A stretch of DNA of 61,872 nucleotides, filler included, from Choristocarpus tenellus KU-1152 (lineage: Eukaryota; Protista; Phaeophyceae), in assembly GCA_964200185.2 (NCBI GenBank). It is 9 parts of 9 records of this genome, joined end to end, with 100 filler letters (N's around TTAATTAATTAA, not from the genome) between each part and the next. Parts side by side here need not be neighbours in the genome. Positions count along the whole stretch, not along the records: positions 1 to 4,397 come from CAXNAD020014737.1; positions 4,498 to 7,094 come from CAXNAD020026421.1; positions 7,195 to 12,988 come from CAXNAD020009736.1; 6 more parts are not named here. One strand, 5' to 3'. Of the stretch, positions 1 to 12,988 are shown piece by piece. Both the position numbers and the translations under genes were made by a program. The notes below the pieces were generated by a model that worked only from the letters and a program-made list of their open reading frames with translations, ran no database searches and was not told the DNA's origin. Numbering within the stretch: the first letter of the stretch is position 1; every line of letters begins with the position of its first letter.

Positions 1-256
1 TTCCCAATGAAAACCCCCGTTGGCACACTTGGAAAATGGAAGAGGGTACCTTGCCCACTTTGAATGGACCCCCCCCCCCCCCCCCCCCTCCATTTTAATC
101 TCTTACGAAATCCTTCTTTACAACTACCATTAGACAAACAAATAAATACAACATATCAAAATACTCCTATTAATAATAAAAATAAAAAAGAGATAAACAA
201 TTGACATACTACAATACCACTACCAATAAAAAAATAAAAATTATATATACATAACT

Positions 257-297
<41 letters not shown>
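257..297. repeat. (CTA)n microsatellite
   Basis: Perfect run of ctactacta... visible in sequence. Confidence 0.95.
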
Positions 298-329
298 GGC
301 ATAACTATTCAAAAAGTCAAAACTTGGGG

Positions 330-3300
330 GACCTGTGGCGGAGGCGTTTCCCTGTCAACAGACATTGCTCTCCAGTCTCCATTGGGAAGAGGAAGCAAGC
401 CATCAGACCCCGCCACCAGTCCCCGATGCTGAGGATACAAAGGGGGTCGACTGTTCCACCCCTTGTAGTTTGCTTTGTAGTCCTAGGGACAGGCACATGT
501 TGGTGGGGAGGGGATAGAGATAGGCACATGTTGGTGGGGAGAGAGCTACTCACAGAGATAAAGGTCTCCAAATGATAACTGTGTCCAGATGATAACTGTG
601 TCCATGTTATAACTGACTGTATCACTATAAAAGAAAAATATGCACTGAATAATAAACAGCAGTACTAACATGAAGTAAAAAATTAAAATTCACTACCTAA
701 TTCAAAGAGACAATGCAACAGGGCAAGGTGCAATAAGTTGGTACAGCACGATCACAGGGTAATTAGTTGGCACAGAAGACTCCTCCTGCCGATTGTTTCA
801 AAACTCGATGCATACTCCACCCTATCACTCCAAGGACTTCTGAGTACATCGACATCAACCCATGCACACTCCCTGCACATCAAGCAATAGTTACCACTAA
901 CACTTCACCAACACGAACACTAGAGTGACATCACAGCACACTCACACCTCACACCATCAAAAGCATTTTCAAATATCATGGGAGCACCTCAAAGACAGTA
1001 TCCATTACCTGGAAATGGAAGAATGCCCCCAGGCTGCATCCCTTCTCCACATGACCCTCCCACATGTTGCGATATGCTGAGTGCATAATCCCACCCCACC
1101 CCCCGCCCGGCATAAAATCAGTTAAATCAGGAATGTGTACACACACACACACACACACACACACAAATAAAAACACAGAGAAAAGGAACATAATTACAAG
1201 AACAGAAAGAAATATTCTTCAGCACTGGGGAGGAAGTATGTAGTATATAAAGCTCCTCGTGAAGCTTCTCGGAAGAGAGGAGGAAGTTCTCAGTTTATAT
1301 ATGCAGCATACACATAAACACACACATACGTATCTCTTGGAGGTATGTTCAATTGAACAGTAACCGACGAAGAGGATGGGTCGCAACTGAACAGTAACCT
1401 TCCAGGAGAAACCCCCAACTTCCACTCCTGCAAAGAATGAAACTGTTACAGGCTGCAGCAACTTGCCTGGATGTTGGGACAACATTTCAAAAAAACTAAC
1501 TACAACGCAACATGTACGTAACTGAAACTGAAATGTAACTGTCACATCGAAAAACACGGTTACAATTGCAACCAATCACAACAGGTGAATACAATCCACG
1601 GCAATCAATCGAAAATCCAGACCAATCAAAATGTGTACATACATCGATATACGCCTTAGCATATTTTAGGAGATATTCAGCACTATTGATACTACATTCT
1701 CACCGACAAAACACATGACAATCATATTCTCAACAGTCAAATCAAGCAGACAAAAAACGAAACTGTACATATTGTACTTGGAGTTAGAGTAAGGGTTAGG
1801 GCATCACCAGAGAAATTGTGCCTCCAATGCTGAGGGGGTGGCATGTCATCCCCAATAAACTAGGTTCTAGGACCATAGTTCTGTTCTGCGGGCTGCAAAA
1901 TGATACTTCAAGGTATATACTTCAAGGTATATTAGAAGGCTCTGGAATATATCCTCTCCTGCTTGTGCATCAAGTCTACATGGGAAAATCCTGAAAACAT
2001 CAAACATCAAATAGCTCTGATAGAGGAGCAAGTAAGTACACCCGGATCACAACAACGCCATCTTACAAACAAGAGAGCACCCCATCATACTCTATACAAC
2101 TCCTCTGCTGCAAACACCCTATTTATTTTGTAATACATACTTGCGATATTATTTTAATGCTATTAGTAGTGAGATCATATTATTGTAATACTATTATTAG
2201 TAAGATTATACTATTGTAATACTATTATTAGTACGATTATATTATTATTCTCACCATGTAGACCCTCTCATGTAAAGTACTCATTACTATTAAACAATTA
2301 ATATTCAATAATTACCATTCAACCTTCCTACTGGGCAAGATGAAGAGAATGACAAAGGCAGTTTACCAATGAATACATTTTTAACAACGGTGGTGGAGGA
2401 AGAAATTTCAACCAATCAGAGACCCCATGTCCTCTCTTGCTGTCTTCCGATTTTTCTCTCACCCAATCACACAAAAGCTCACAAAATAAAAAAACTATGT
2501 ATGCAAGACCCCTACACAAAGACATCTATCTCACCTTGCTTGAAATATCTCCCTCCAAAGAGGAACACATTGTATCCACTTGCATCTTCCAAACATGTCT
2601 GAAACTCAGGCAATATCCATTGTTCACATATTCTCCATGGTGGAGAGGGCTTTAGGCTCGTGAAGGGACCTACTTCCTCCTGGTAAAACAAAAAAAAATG
2701 ATCAGAAAATAGTGTAGACAGAGAGAGAGGGGTTTGCATTTAACGTAGGCGTTGTCATTCTCTGACTCAGTGAATTCAAAGCGTAAGGTAAGGGGACATT
2801 GATATAGTGTATGTGTCTAGTGTATGTGTCTAATGTTATAGGAGATACCAATACATAATGAAGGTACATTGCACATCCCATAGTACCAAAGAATGCAACA
2901 CTTAGGTGTACCTAGGTATTAATTAAACACAACAAAACACTCTTTAGGTATTGATTAAACACAACAACATTCTAAGGTGTACCTAGGTATTGATTAAGCA
3001 CAACAAAACTCGTAGGTGTACCTAGGTATAGATTAAACACAACAAAACTCTCAGGTGTACCTAGGTATTGATTAAAAACATAATACTTCACTGGAAAACA
3101 CACACACACCATCTATTTGAGTAAGCCAGTGTAGCAGGGACCAAAGGGATGTCAAATGCGGATGTATCAATGTACTATGACACACATGCTACTAGCTCAC
3201 CTAATGGTACAGTGGTATCTCATTATATCAATGTTATAATGTTATCAATATTATCAACGTATCAATGTATCCATGTATCAATATGTCAATGCATCAATGT

Positions 3301-4397
3301 ATCAATATATCAATATATCAATATCTCACAAAATCAGACACCAGGGGGGGTCCAACCCAGCTGGACTGCTTTCCTGAATCTGTACACGATATGGATAAAC
3401 CCATCAATAGAGAGACAACAACCTCACTGAGAAGAAAATACAAGGTTGAGATCACTCTGCTAAGGGAGTGAACACTTCTTTTTTTTAATAATCTTGTTAT
3501 TTTTAACACCAGGGTGACAGTCCACGCCATGATAACCCAACTGACGGAAATTCCCAGTCAGTTTAGTTACTTTTTTTCTCAAAAATGATCAAGTTTGCGT
3601 CATGGTTGGGACTAGCACACAAGAGGATATATTCTTTTTTTTAATATACATAGCATACATACATACATACATACATTGTATATATAACTATATATCATAT
3701 ATAAGTTAAACGGAAAGTGTTATGTGTAACACAGTACATACACTACCAGTATAGATAGGATCATTGTCAAACTAGTTTTTTTTATTCTTACTATAAAAAA
3801 AAAAATGCATGCCAAAACGAACCCCCCGTCCAAACCTGTTCAAATTGCTTTCTCCCCCAACCCTAACGTGATAACGTGAAGGTGACCAAAAAAGGTCATT
3901 ACTTCTTCAACGAAAAAAAGGTATCATGATGTGCAGCCAAGAAAGCAGTTTTCACTCCTTTCTACTCTAGACACCCTTACACATCACAGGAAATCTCCAA
4001 ACGAAATCTCCAAATGAAGCCTCCAAATGAAACCTTCTACACACAAAACAAAAATAAACCTTACAACATTTCCGACGGACACGATGAACACTGCAAAAAA
4101 AAAACAAAAAAAAACACACACACACACATCTTCCCACACATACACAAAAAAAGCTACCAACAATCTAATCTAATCAAAACAATAACAATAACAATAACAA
4201 CCAACTCCCCATGAACAGACAAAACTCTAACCCTGACACGCCTTCCTCATCCTACACAAACTACTTCCTTGCCTGCATTCGCCTCATTATACCAACAGAG
4301 TCCATGCTGCCACTTCCCTGGTTCATCATCTCCTCACCCCCTCCCCCCCCCCCGACTGCTTCAATCAGAGGCCCCTCGATGCCCCAGCGGTGATCTC
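330..4397 (-). CDS. Fragment of a multi-exon gene of unknown function (contig 1)
   Basis: Several AG/GT-bounded open stretches on the minus strand, e.g. 2679-2535 (EEVGPFTSLKPSPPWRICEQWILPEFQTCLEDASGYNVFLFGGRYFKQ|gtgag) and ~3426-3330 (EVVVSLLMGLSISCTDSGKQSSWVGPPLVSDF|gtgag). No family recognised and the exon chain is not verified. Confidence 0.35.
2902..3080. repeat. Minisatellite, ~39-41-bp unit, about 5 copies, with palindromic TACCTAGGTA core
   Basis: Repeated aggtgtacctaggtattgattaaacacaacaaaac; one copy is internally shortened. Confidence 0.9.
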
Positions 4398-4497
4398 NNN
4401 NNNNNNNNNNNNNNNNNNNNNNNNNNNNNNNNNNNNNNNNNTTAATTAATTAANNNNNNNNNNNNNNNNNNNNNNNNNNNNNNNNNNNNNNNNNNNN
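4398..4497. other. Artificial contig linker N44-TTAATTAATTAA-N44 (also at 7095-7194, 12989-13088, 18987-19086, 21680-21779, 24809-24908, 28224-28323, 32758-32857)
   Basis: Identical 100-bp spacer occurs eight times; TTAATTAATTAA puts stop codons in all six frames. Confidence 0.97.
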
Positions 4498-4532
4498 GAG
4501 AAGAAGGGGGGGGAGGAGGGAGAGGGGGGGGG

Positions 4533-4567
<35 letters not shown>

Positions 4568-6366
4568 GCTCAGAGGGGAGCAGGAGGAACAAAAGCGAAG
4601 CAAAGGAAGCAATTGTAGATATATTTTATTATTTTCACTTTGAAAGCTCTTTTTGTTTGAGTTGGTATGATTGTTCTGAATATATATATATATGTATATA
4701 TGTATGTGTGTATGTATGTATGTACTTTGACTTTATTGTGCCTTCACTCTTCTGTTTCAGATTGGGTTCACTTTATCACTTTATTGGTTATTCAAACTGT
4801 TCCTGAGTACTCACTTTTGGAACATTTACCGTTTTTGAAATTTATTTAAGTGGTACTTTTTTGCTTTTCTTTTGGGAGGGGGGGGGGTTGGAAGGGGAAG
4901 TCAATTTCTTTAATATTAGATGCTTCGATTCCTTCTATTATCACTACCGCCTGTCAAGGTGTTTTATATTTTTGTAGCAAATCAGAGTGTCTTGAATGTT
5001 TGTTCAGCGCTCTCTCTTTGACATGGTATGTACCCTATATGTAGTATTGAAGGTATGGGAGCCCCCCCCCAAAAAAAATAAAAATAAAAAGGTGTACCCT
5101 TCTGGGTATGGTCAGTTGTGTCAATATTGTGGGTTTCTGGTGTACCTGGCCTCAAAATATTTTTTTGTTGCTCCAGCTCAGCCTTTATTTTATGTTTGCA
5201 TTGTTGATGATATGGCAGTTACAGCAGTTACAACAGTTTCAAGTATCGGCACCTTCGCTTCTAGTGACAGGCACAGAAGTGCATGCTAAAGTGGTCTATT
5301 TTCACTATGTGTCTTCTTAGACGGACCTTAGTGGCAGTTCCTTGGTGTGTAGCTTATGACCACTATGACCTGTGATTGTCAACCATACTTTGTTTGCTTG
5401 TGGTGAGTGTGTTGTGGTGGTTGATCATCCTGTTGGAGAAGTACGTCTTCTGATCAAGAAAGTCGGCGAAGGCATAGGAAGGGGTCGTTCACTATACCTT
5501 TTGATGTCAGAAGATGTGCTCCTAATGGTAGGGGTACAAGAGTGCCTTGCAGCTTTTTGAAGGGTGTGCTCTGGAGTGTGTGTGCTTTTTTTGTGACAAT
5601 AGGAAATGTCCTTGAAATATACTTCACTATACCTTTTGATGTCGGATACTGTAGCGGTATTGCAAGGCACGATTGATTCTTGCATTTGTTGTGATGTAGG
5701 TAATAGGGTATACCTTGAATGTGTATGGAAATTCCTCTCCGAGTTTTCTCAGTCCTTGGAATGTAGTTACATGTGAATAGGGAGTTTTATGCATGTTTGT
5801 AAGTGTCTCAGGTATTAGAGAGCTCTAGTGTGTCTGAGGGTATGCAAGGGGGACATGTCATGCTGAAGTACGTAATGAAGGATGTCCTCTGTTTTAGTTA
5901 TTGTGTGTGTGGTGTAGGCTGAAGGGGCTAGGGGTGAGAGGGGCCAGATGTGAGACTAGTAGTGTGCAGTATGTCCTTTGGAGGTGTATATACTTTGAAT
6001 GCTCTCCTCTATGCACACTACATACCCATTCACTGCATTATTATTATTAATAGTAGCAGTACTAGTGGTAGTAGTAGTAATAATAGTTGTAGGACTAGTG
6101 GTAGTAGTAATATTGTTGATATTATTGATGTGGTACATATTTTAGGCTTGACACATGGGAAACAATTATAAAAGGGATAATGAATTGTGGTCATATGCTG
6201 AGGGCATTGTTGCATGTCCTTAGTGTGATCAAAATCGAAATACTGGATAGTGTACTTAGAGTTAGCAGCCCATGGTACCTAGACATGATACGATACAAAT
6301 ATTTACTTTTTTTCTTCAAAGATAGGTCTATTGTGATGCTGTAAAAAATACATACGGTGTGAGGTT

Positions 6367-6586
6367 GTCCCTCTGTTCAGACTCAGTTCAAACCGTTTGC
6401 AGAGTAGACTGAAAAATGCTGAAAAATGCACACAAGATGGCAGGCGTTATTTTCAGATTTGGGGGTTATCTCACATGTGGATATCCCTCTACAAAAACCC
6501 CTAAAAAGGTAGTGACATTTCGGTAACCATCTAGTGCATTTATAACCTTCCCCACAAATTCTTGGAATGGTTCTGAACGGATGGAG
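6367..6586. mobile_element. Stowaway-like MITE (mariner-derived)
   Basis: Left end tccctctgttcaga; right end tctgaacggatggag followed by TA (reverse complement TA-ctccatccgttcaga). Resembles the CTCCCTCCGT Stowaway TIR. Left TA target site is degenerate. Confidence 0.55.
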
Positions 6587-6805
6587 TACTTCTCTTTCTG
6601 TTCCTCTAAGCACAATAGTGATGACAAACACACTCCTCCCTTCCTTACACCATGATGTACTCAAAATGCAAGGAGCCCCTCATACAAGGGCGCGATCTCT
6701 TTAATCTTCTCATCCATAGTGCTAGCGCTGCCATGGCCTGACCTTATCTCCAAGTTGTCCTTGACTTGACCCCAAGCCGCCCTTGACTTAACCCTGGTGC
6801 TCCAG

Positions 6806-6922
6806 GTATCTCAATGATGTTGAAGAGGGTGGAGAGACCATCTTCCCCAAGGCAGGGGGGTTGACTGGATATGTTGACCCCGCGAGCTGTGAGTCAGGGC
6901 TAAAGGTCAAACCAGCCAAAGG
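6806..6922 (+). CDS. Internal exon of a prolyl 4-hydroxylase-type 2OG-Fe(II) dioxygenase
   Basis: ccag|exon|gtgagt translates YLNDVEEGGETIFPKAGGLTGYVDPASCESGLKVKPAKG, the YLNDVEEGGET.FP...GL.VKP.KG P4H signature. Missed by the ORF track. Confidence 0.88.
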
Positions 6923-7976
6923 GTGAGTGAGGCCTTGCTTGTGGTGATGTTGTTTGTTAACATAGGTAGTGTCGGCATTAAGAAGTGGATAGGGAGCTTG
7001 ATGCTTGGGGTCCTGCTCCTGTTAGGGGGGGGGGGGGGGGGGTGGGGGGTGGGGGGGGGGGGGTGGGGGGGGGGGGGGGGTTCTATTTTTTTTTNNNNNN
7101 NNNNNNNNNNNNNNNNNNNNNNNNNNNNNNNNNNNNNNTTAATTAATTAANNNNNNNNNNNNNNNNNNNNNNNNNNNNNNNNNNNNNNNNNNNNAGGGTT
7201 GGGGTCTTGGTCCTTGGGTTGGTGGTTGGGGGGGAGGGTGTGTAGGAGTTGCCAGAGGAGTGATACATAAAATCACCATCAAGAGGGCAGATGCTCCCAG
7301 CTCTTCTGAAAATATGATGAGGCCAGAACTCAGCAGTCCGTGTTTAAGTGAGGGATAGGAGTGGGGTTTGGGGGGCTAGGTGGGATAATCTTCAACAAAA
7401 TACATCATGGAGAGACGGACTTGAGTACTACACTAGGAGCAGTCACATCAAGGAGGAACACTAATCAAGCACTAATTGTAGTAGATACATGCACTAGGTA
7501 CCCTTTCACCAGGTTTCTGCACTTAGACCCTTCCCTTGTTGCACAGTCTCTACAAATATGCCTCCCGTTCGATGATGATTTCCAATCTGAATATCAATCT
7601 GAATACCAATCTGAATACCAATCTCCATTTCACTATCAACAAGCGTGTGTACTGTACAAAATAAATGCATACGGCGCATTGACATTAAGTAGACATTTAT
7701 TTCAAATGCAAGTCAATATCAAAAGAGGAGGGTCTTCCATGGGGAATAGAGGGTAGAAGCAAACGTGTGTGTTGGCAATAAAGCTACAGGTGGTATCCTC
7801 GACATGCCTTTGCTACTTACTCTTTGAGACTACTATTAGCATTCGGAGATATACCCCTCAAATTAATCACCATTGACCATACTTGACCTTTTCTCTCCAC
7901 ATCTTCCCTCTCACACCCAATACATGCCCTCAATTTGTTCCCCCTCATCCCCTCTGTGCTGGACCACTACAGTATG

Positions 7977-8918
7977 TCACCCCCCCCCAAAAAAATATTT
8001 CTCCACACTACTTGATCTCCCGACTGATCGAGACCATTCCGCTACCCCTTTCCTCCGAACCTCCAGCATGTTTTGCCAAATCCATCCACATATGAGCCTC
8101 ACCCGCCGTCTTGCTGTCTCCAGAGCCAGTAGCGCTGTGGGAAGGGACGAGTTTTCCATATCTTTCCCATCCACCGACACTAGGAGATCACCGACGCGCA
8201 TTGTCTCCTGGTGAGGGGTAGACAATGCGTCCGTTGTCGAGGTGGCCAAGGTGAAGCAATTGATGTAAACTCCTGTAGCAATGGATGGGTTAATATAGTT
8301 AGGGGTTGTGGTCGTGGATTCCAACACATCCATACCAATGGGTAGTCTGTGGTTTGCCCCTCTCTTCGGGTATTGCCGATGCAAAAGTAATATATGTCCT
8401 CTACCGCAGCTGCTCGAGGATCTCGACTAGGGGGAGGTGTCCCTTGCATCCTTACACCCCTAACGCGACTGAGAGCATTCGTAAGTGTCGTGTGTCTCCA
8501 TTGAGTGGCTTCCAAAGTCAAGTACTGTGATTTAGTCTTTCACCTCTGGTCGGCATATACAAAACCAGGAGCCCACTTGAGAAGTCCAACACCTTTGCCA
8601 CAAAATTCGCTTGCATGCCCACATTCTGAGTGTTTGTAAAACGAACTTCAGCATACTATGAGTCGATTGGAGGAAGTCACACAACGAAGCAAGGCTACTT
8701 GCGACAACAGCCTCCTTGCCGTCTATTACACCAAGACTGCACTCCACAGTATGGTCTGAAGTATAGAGTACCTGATTTTCCTCACTACCAATGCCACATC
8801 CTACTTTCAGGTGCACACCTTTCTTGTTCTTTGTCTGATGAAGTCTTACACCCAAAGGGGCGGTTCCTTTCTTAACCCATAGTTGATATCGGCGACGAGG
8901 CCAGCTGGGTCTAGTCAT
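7977..8918 (-). pseudogene. Degraded tandem PDZ-domain coding region
   Basis: ORF 7977-8384 contains LPIGMDV...GVYI...MRVGDLLVSVDGKDMENSSLPTALLALETARRRVRLI (PDZ pattern). ORF 8532-8918 contains YQLWVKKGTAPLGVRL...GVHL...IDG...SLASLCDFLQST..LKFVL (second, weaker PDZ-like unit). The two are separated by stops and frameshifts. Confidence 0.5.
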
Positions 8919-9754
8919 ATTTCACTTTCCAGAGGAGAGTGCTCCGTTTCCTCTCCGACCTTCGACGCTATTCACCCTTTTTTGGCACCCGTTATAGATG
9001 AGGGGAAAGCAAAACGGTTGTTCGATCCCTACAGGTGTACTCCAGGGATACTCCACTTTACATATCAACAAAGATTCGAACACGATCATAACAGAAAGAG
9101 TTCCACTCCCTCTCCATAAACCGCGCGCAACCTGGAACTTTGTGATCAACCACATATACCATAATAATGTTTCATCTTCAATCAACAATCAACATATTTC
9201 CTTCCTAAACTTCCTATAAATGATTGAGAAAATGTCATAATGACATCATAAAAAAAATATAGCACTTCATCGTGGATGTATTGTTGTAATACTAATATGA
9301 TCTTCAAACTTATGTCATTACCGCATCTATACCTTTCTTCTGTTGTGTGAGAACGACCACCACAGACAGACCTCACAAGACACACGAATACTTACAATAA
9401 TAATGAATGACTATTCTAGATATTATTGTGGTTGTTAAGATGTTCCAAGGATTGTCATGCATCAGTCCGCATATACTTCTAACAGAAATAAATGATAGTA
9501 TCTCCACCATCCTTGTTCCATCGGTTCATGTCTTAATTGTACGTATTAATTGAACGCCTACCTACTAAGAAGACCCGTCTACAAAGAAGAATCACAAACG
9601 TGAGATTAGAACCAATTTGACAACTCTACGAAACTAAGAAGAAAAGGATGCAGGTGGTGGTAGAAACACACAACACAAACTACAAGAGAGTTCAGGATCG
9701 CATTGTTTAATAAAGTTGTGTGTTGGTAAGTTTTAAGGTGGAGATAACATAGAG

Positions 9755-9928
9755 AACAGCCGATTTCAAAAATTGAGGATGGAGCTTTTTATTGAGGATG
9801 GGCTTGACCCAAAATTGACTGGGATAAAGTGTCGATATGTTTTTTTTTTGTATTGTAAAAAATATATACAAATTGACAACTTTGATAAAGTTGAAAAGCT
9901 CCATCCTCAATTTTTGAAATCGGCTGTT
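9755..9928. mobile_element. 174-bp MITE-like element with 35-bp perfect terminal inverted repeats
   Basis: 9755-9789 aacagccgatttcaaaaattgaggatggagctttt is the exact reverse complement of 9894-9928. Confidence 0.8.
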
Positions 9929-9934
9929 AGAGAT

Positions 9935-10450
9935 GGCAAGGAGGGGCTTGTTAGATTCTTTGGATGCTTCCGTAGGTGGTCACGCTGGGGTGTAGGACTA
10001 AGCTAGGTTGGAGGCACAGGAGGGCAACAGTGTAGGGATAGGTGATAGTAAAATAGTAAATAGATAATAGAATAATGCCTTCCACATTTACGACAACTAA
10101 CTGTTACTTTATTAGGGCTGTTCTGACATTCAATAGTTTTTCATTGGTTTCTCATGTGATACATCTCAAAAATCTGAGAGGGCATAACAATATAAATAGT
10201 AACAATATACACAATAACCGCAATAATCATCATAATAACCATCACAACAATAATCAGAATCATAATCATCAGAATAATCAAATTAATAATAATAATAATC
10301 ATCATCATTATAGTAATTGTAATAGTACCTGCAATAATAATAGTATTAATAGTAATAGTATTAATAATAATAGGAATCACAATATTAATACCAATAATTA
10401 TAATCACCATAATTTTCATACTAACGACAATCATAGTAATCATAATATTG
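9935..10450 (+). mobile_element. 3' UTR remnant of an RLE-type LINE with an expanded (AAT)n-like tail
   Basis: Similar to 32160-32395, which lies directly downstream of a LINE endonuclease ORF. Also similar to 24920-24990 (+) and 25500-25745 (-). Followed by degenerate aat repeats. Confidence 0.6.
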
Positions 10451-11537
10451 AGAACGAGTTCATGAACCAAATCCATTCAAAGGTAAGTAAGGTTGCATTT
10501 TGAGGTTGCCAACAAAGGGGACAAAGATACCATTCTGTACAATTATGGAAAGAGCATTTCCTTAATTGTGTTGTCATTGTCATTTTGTGTGTGGAGAAAG
10601 AGAATATCAAAGTTGTGCACACAATCGTGCAAACAATAAAGAATGAAATAGAGTGTATTGCACAACGTAAGAAAGATGGTTTAGAATGCAAAAAAGTCCA
10701 AACTTCCCTACCTCTAAATTGGTTTGGTTATTTCTACACCAATCCAAATATTTTCACAAAGTTCTAATTGTACGAAATCTTGATGGTAGAGGCATGTGTA
10801 TGATCATCTGATGCAGATCTTCTCCTCCTCCTCCTCCTTTCCCACCAAATGCAGGAAGAAGAGCAGTAAATATCAGTAATAATTGTTAGTTGTAAGAACA
10901 AGTCCAGAAACAAATAATAGGGTCTCTCTTATTAGCGTCAACAATAAGGGAAGGAGATCTTTTTGCTTACAACAGGTAAGAAACGATGACAGTCTATTAA
11001 ATACAACAATTTTATTTCTTACGAACTCCAACACCTACTCAAAAAGTCCTACACTCTCCGCCCTCGAACATTACTAAAACATAACAAAAAATATAGGTAG
11101 CGGTGTAGTTCTAGGTCCACAACCACAACCTCAGTCAACCAATGTGGTGTTCACCTAACCAACATGCCGGCCCTCACCATCGGGCTCCTCATAAAGAGTA
11201 GGCCCTGTTGGACATGTCAATGCCAGTAATCCGTTGGTAAAGATGGAGAGACCTTCCATACATATTGTAGTTGATGCAATCTGACAGACCAACACGACTT
11301 GCTACGACGTAATGACACTTATGTCGTCAATATGACCTCATCCCTCTTGGGATTTTTTGTGACCATTCTTTTAGCATGTGTTCCACACCGTCACCATTGC
11401 AATAGATGCCCCTACAAACATTGTGCTGACATTTTTGCAAGCGTTCGTTACAGTCTCTCGCACTTGCTAAAATAATGTTTATCCGCTCAAGCTTGTTATG
11501 CCTTCTCTCTAATTTCGTGTTCTTTGAATGGAGTAAA

Positions 11538-11717
11538 GGCTCAAAGCATCTGGGGGGGGGGTGGCAGCTGTCCATTTGGGGGCAATTTTTTCATGTCATG
11601 ATTTTTGGGTGATTTGGTTGCATATGTCGGATGGATAATGTAAGGGCACTTTTCCTGGTCAGGGCCCAAATGGACACCCTGGTGTAGACCCCTCCCCCCC
11701 CCCAAATACTTTGGGTC
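11538..11717. mobile_element. MITE family G, copy 1 (TIR ..CAAAGTATCT-polyG / polyC-AGATACTTTG..)
   Basis: TIRs visible, AAA flanks on both sides, near-identical to 11862-12041. Confidence 0.85.
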
Positions 11718-11861
11718 AAATTGTTCTTGATTTTCCATCACTTTCAGGGCCTAACCAACCTGTTGTCTTGTTGCATTAATTGCACGCCCACAAACGGTTC
11801 CTACTCGGAACAACGTAGCAGTCCTCTGGCGAACTGCAACAATAGAGAGCCACCAGTTATT

Positions 11862-12041
11862 GACTCAAAGTATCTAGGGGGGGGTGGCGGCTGTTCATTT
11901 GAGGCCAATTTTTCATGTCGCGATTTTTGGGTGTTTTGATTCCATACGTTGGATGGATAATGAAAGTGGACTTTTCCTGGTTTTGGACCAAATGGACCCT
12001 CTGGTGTAGACCCCCCCCCCCCCCCCCAGATACTTTGGGTC
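11862..12041. mobile_element. MITE family G, copy 2
   Basis: gactcaaagtatct ... agatactttgggtc with a TATT duplication on both flanks. Confidence 0.85.
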
Positions 12042-12123
12042 TATTTTCTACTCTAAGAACTGTTGTTATTGTTATACGACAAGAACAAAGAAAAAATGTT
12101 TTTTGAAGCATGTAAACATTATA

Positions 12124-12988
12124 CTCTCTCTTCCCCGTAAGTCTGGGCCGTTAAATTGTACCTCTTGGGGACGACATCCGAGTACAGAACGGACCTTTGC
12201 GTTGGATACCTTGGAATATTCTACATTAAAAAACCCCTGTCTTGCCTTTATTTGACACCATTAACCCACCAATCCAGGGCTGCCGCGGTGGTCACTCAGT
12301 CTGCTTCGACTGACCTAGCCAACCTGCCCTCCTGCTTCCTTTTTTTGGTCTTAGTGTGCCCTACCTCGAAATCATTGCCCACAGCGCCCTTAACACCTAT
12401 TGTACCTCTTAAACAGACCCTGTCACACCCTCTCGAGCGTGTCTGTGTCGTATTTGTGGAACATGCTTGAAACCCCCTCTACAAGTTCATCAATGGTGCC
12501 AAAACACCCAGCCCAAACCCTGCTCTTCAGAGATGCAAAACCCCCAAAATCGTTGATGTTGAGATCCAGCGACTGCACTGGCTGCGTCACAAGCTTAATG
12601 TTCTATCTCTCCTCCATCCCTACCCCATTCAGCCTCTGCAACATGCCATTGCTCATATGCGTGGTCGTGCCGTCCTGCTGTATGGAGCCCCCCCCCGATT
12701 CCGGTCACAGCACGTTTTGCTTGATTGCTGGCAACAGCTGCTCCGTGCACCACTCCAGGCACCACTCAGAGTTGACAGTGACATTGACCTCGTGCTCCTC
12801 GCCCTTCATGTGCCACACTGTAGTCCATTGCGCCTCCTCAGTGACGCAAAACCCGCCAGATCCTGATCTTGCCGTCAAAATCACGGGAAGGATCTGGGCA
12901 CAAAACGGTGGAGACGAACAACAGTTTGGGAATGTCACTCTTGTGTGGCACCTTCGTTGAGTCCACCTTCTCTTCCCCCAGGAACATG
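12124..12988 (-). mobile_element. Tc1/mariner DD39D-type transposon remnant (pseudogenised transposase plus 3' TIR)
   Basis: Minus strand reads KSDIPKLLF...FDGKIRIW...QQDGTTTH...IKLVTQPVQSLDLNINDFGGFASLKS...GNDF, matching QQDNA..H and QPPNSPDLN.LDLGFF of plant/oomycete mariners, with stops and frameshifts. TA-ctctctcttcccc at 12122 resembles a Stowaway/mariner TIR. Confidence 0.85.

Noticed and set aside
2902-3080. Palindrome-containing repeats resembling CRISPR direct repeats
   Set aside because: No unique spacers, no cas genes, eukaryotic context; an ordinary minisatellite
4442-4453. Recurrent TTAATTAATTAA as a biological motif
   Set aside because: Always centred in N-runs of fixed length; an artificial six-frame-stop linker
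10075-10503. Asn/His-rich 142-aa ORF and antisense Ile-rich ORF
   Set aside because: Translation of degenerate (AAT)n downstream of a LINE 3' UTR
12400-12960. 186-aa plus-strand ORF
   Set aside because: Antisense shadow of the mariner transposase remnant
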